Assembly (NCBI GenBank): GCA_002269645.1
Contig: NIVC01002156.1
Span: 124,001-188,000 of the forward strand
Source: Macrostomum lignano
Lineage: Eukaryota
Length of the DNA stretch: 64,000 nucleotides
Direction: 5' to 3'
A program made the translations under genes and the position numbers. Of this stretch, positions 63,508 through 64,000 are shown in pieces (position 1 is the stretch's first letter; each line of letters begins with the position of its first letter). The notes beneath the pieces are model-generated. The model was not told the origin of the DNA. It searched no databases and saw only the letters and a program-made list of their open reading frames with translations.

Positions 63508-64000
63508 CTAAAAAGCGCAACCATGTACCAGGCTGAATTAAAATCGATATTTTTAGCTGTACCAATTTGAATAGTCTTGGTACGGGCGTCTTGGGAAGGT
63601 GGAACTTTCACAACAGCGAAACTTAATATGAAAAGAACCATGTGCATTAGTTTTCGGCGTTGTAAAATTTTGACTTTATGAAGTCTCTTGCTAGATTTCT
63701 CGATGATGTTTTGAGATTTTGAACGTTTGAATTTTCGACCTTGTGAATGAAGGTGCCTTTGGCGCAGTGAAATATCGAGTTTAGGAAACTAGCTTCTTGG
63801 GCGAAGTTTGAAACCTTAAACTCCATATAAGCATAAAAGCTTACTCCAGCGCTGCGATATGATACCGTTGTTTTAGCTAATCGTCAACCTTCTTTAAAAC
63901 CATTTTCGTATAGTGGATTTAGTATATTTAGATTGTAATTTTCTGTAGGAGTAAAAGAAAAAAATGAATCAAATCAGTATCAAGAGAATTGGCTTACTGT

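Noticed and set aside
63520-63830. Start exon of the lectin gene (MHMVLFILSFAVV... signal-like peptide)
   Set aside because: It cannot be joined in frame to exon 63507 without an implausibly short intron; left unresolved.

Overview
Metazoan genomic DNA with many introns and a very high simple-repeat load. The repeat load and GC-rich exons resemble a free-living flatworm such as Macrostomum; this is an inference and cannot be proven from the window. I reconstructed six spliced genes by hand, checking splice phases and reading frames. On the + strand: an 11-exon plexin (4932-25888), an LRRC74-like LRR/EF-hand gene (28324-30693) that probably uses a GC-AG intron, and isobutyryl-CoA dehydrogenase ACAD8 (32095-36736). 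On the - strand: a type I membrane mucin with Gly/Thr repeats and a SEA-like domain (47564-39190), an unrecognised coiled-coil protein (57590-50337), and a 5'-incomplete gene with three F-type lectin domains plus a WSC domain (63507-60793). Most long introns are filled by tandem arrays of many unit lengths, and most long ORFs in the supplied track are artefacts of these arrays. The main unexplained signals are: (i) a dispersed intronic element in three copies whose hairpin shows an A-U / G-U / G-C change at one base pair; (ii) a quasi-palindromic GGTGCTAAAGCCCCT minisatellite family in five introns of four genes, with a seed copy inside a TIR-like element and a 149-bp higher-order repeat; (iii) an intron made almost entirely of (TATC)n; (iv) symmetric phase-1 modular exons in the mucin and lectin genes.
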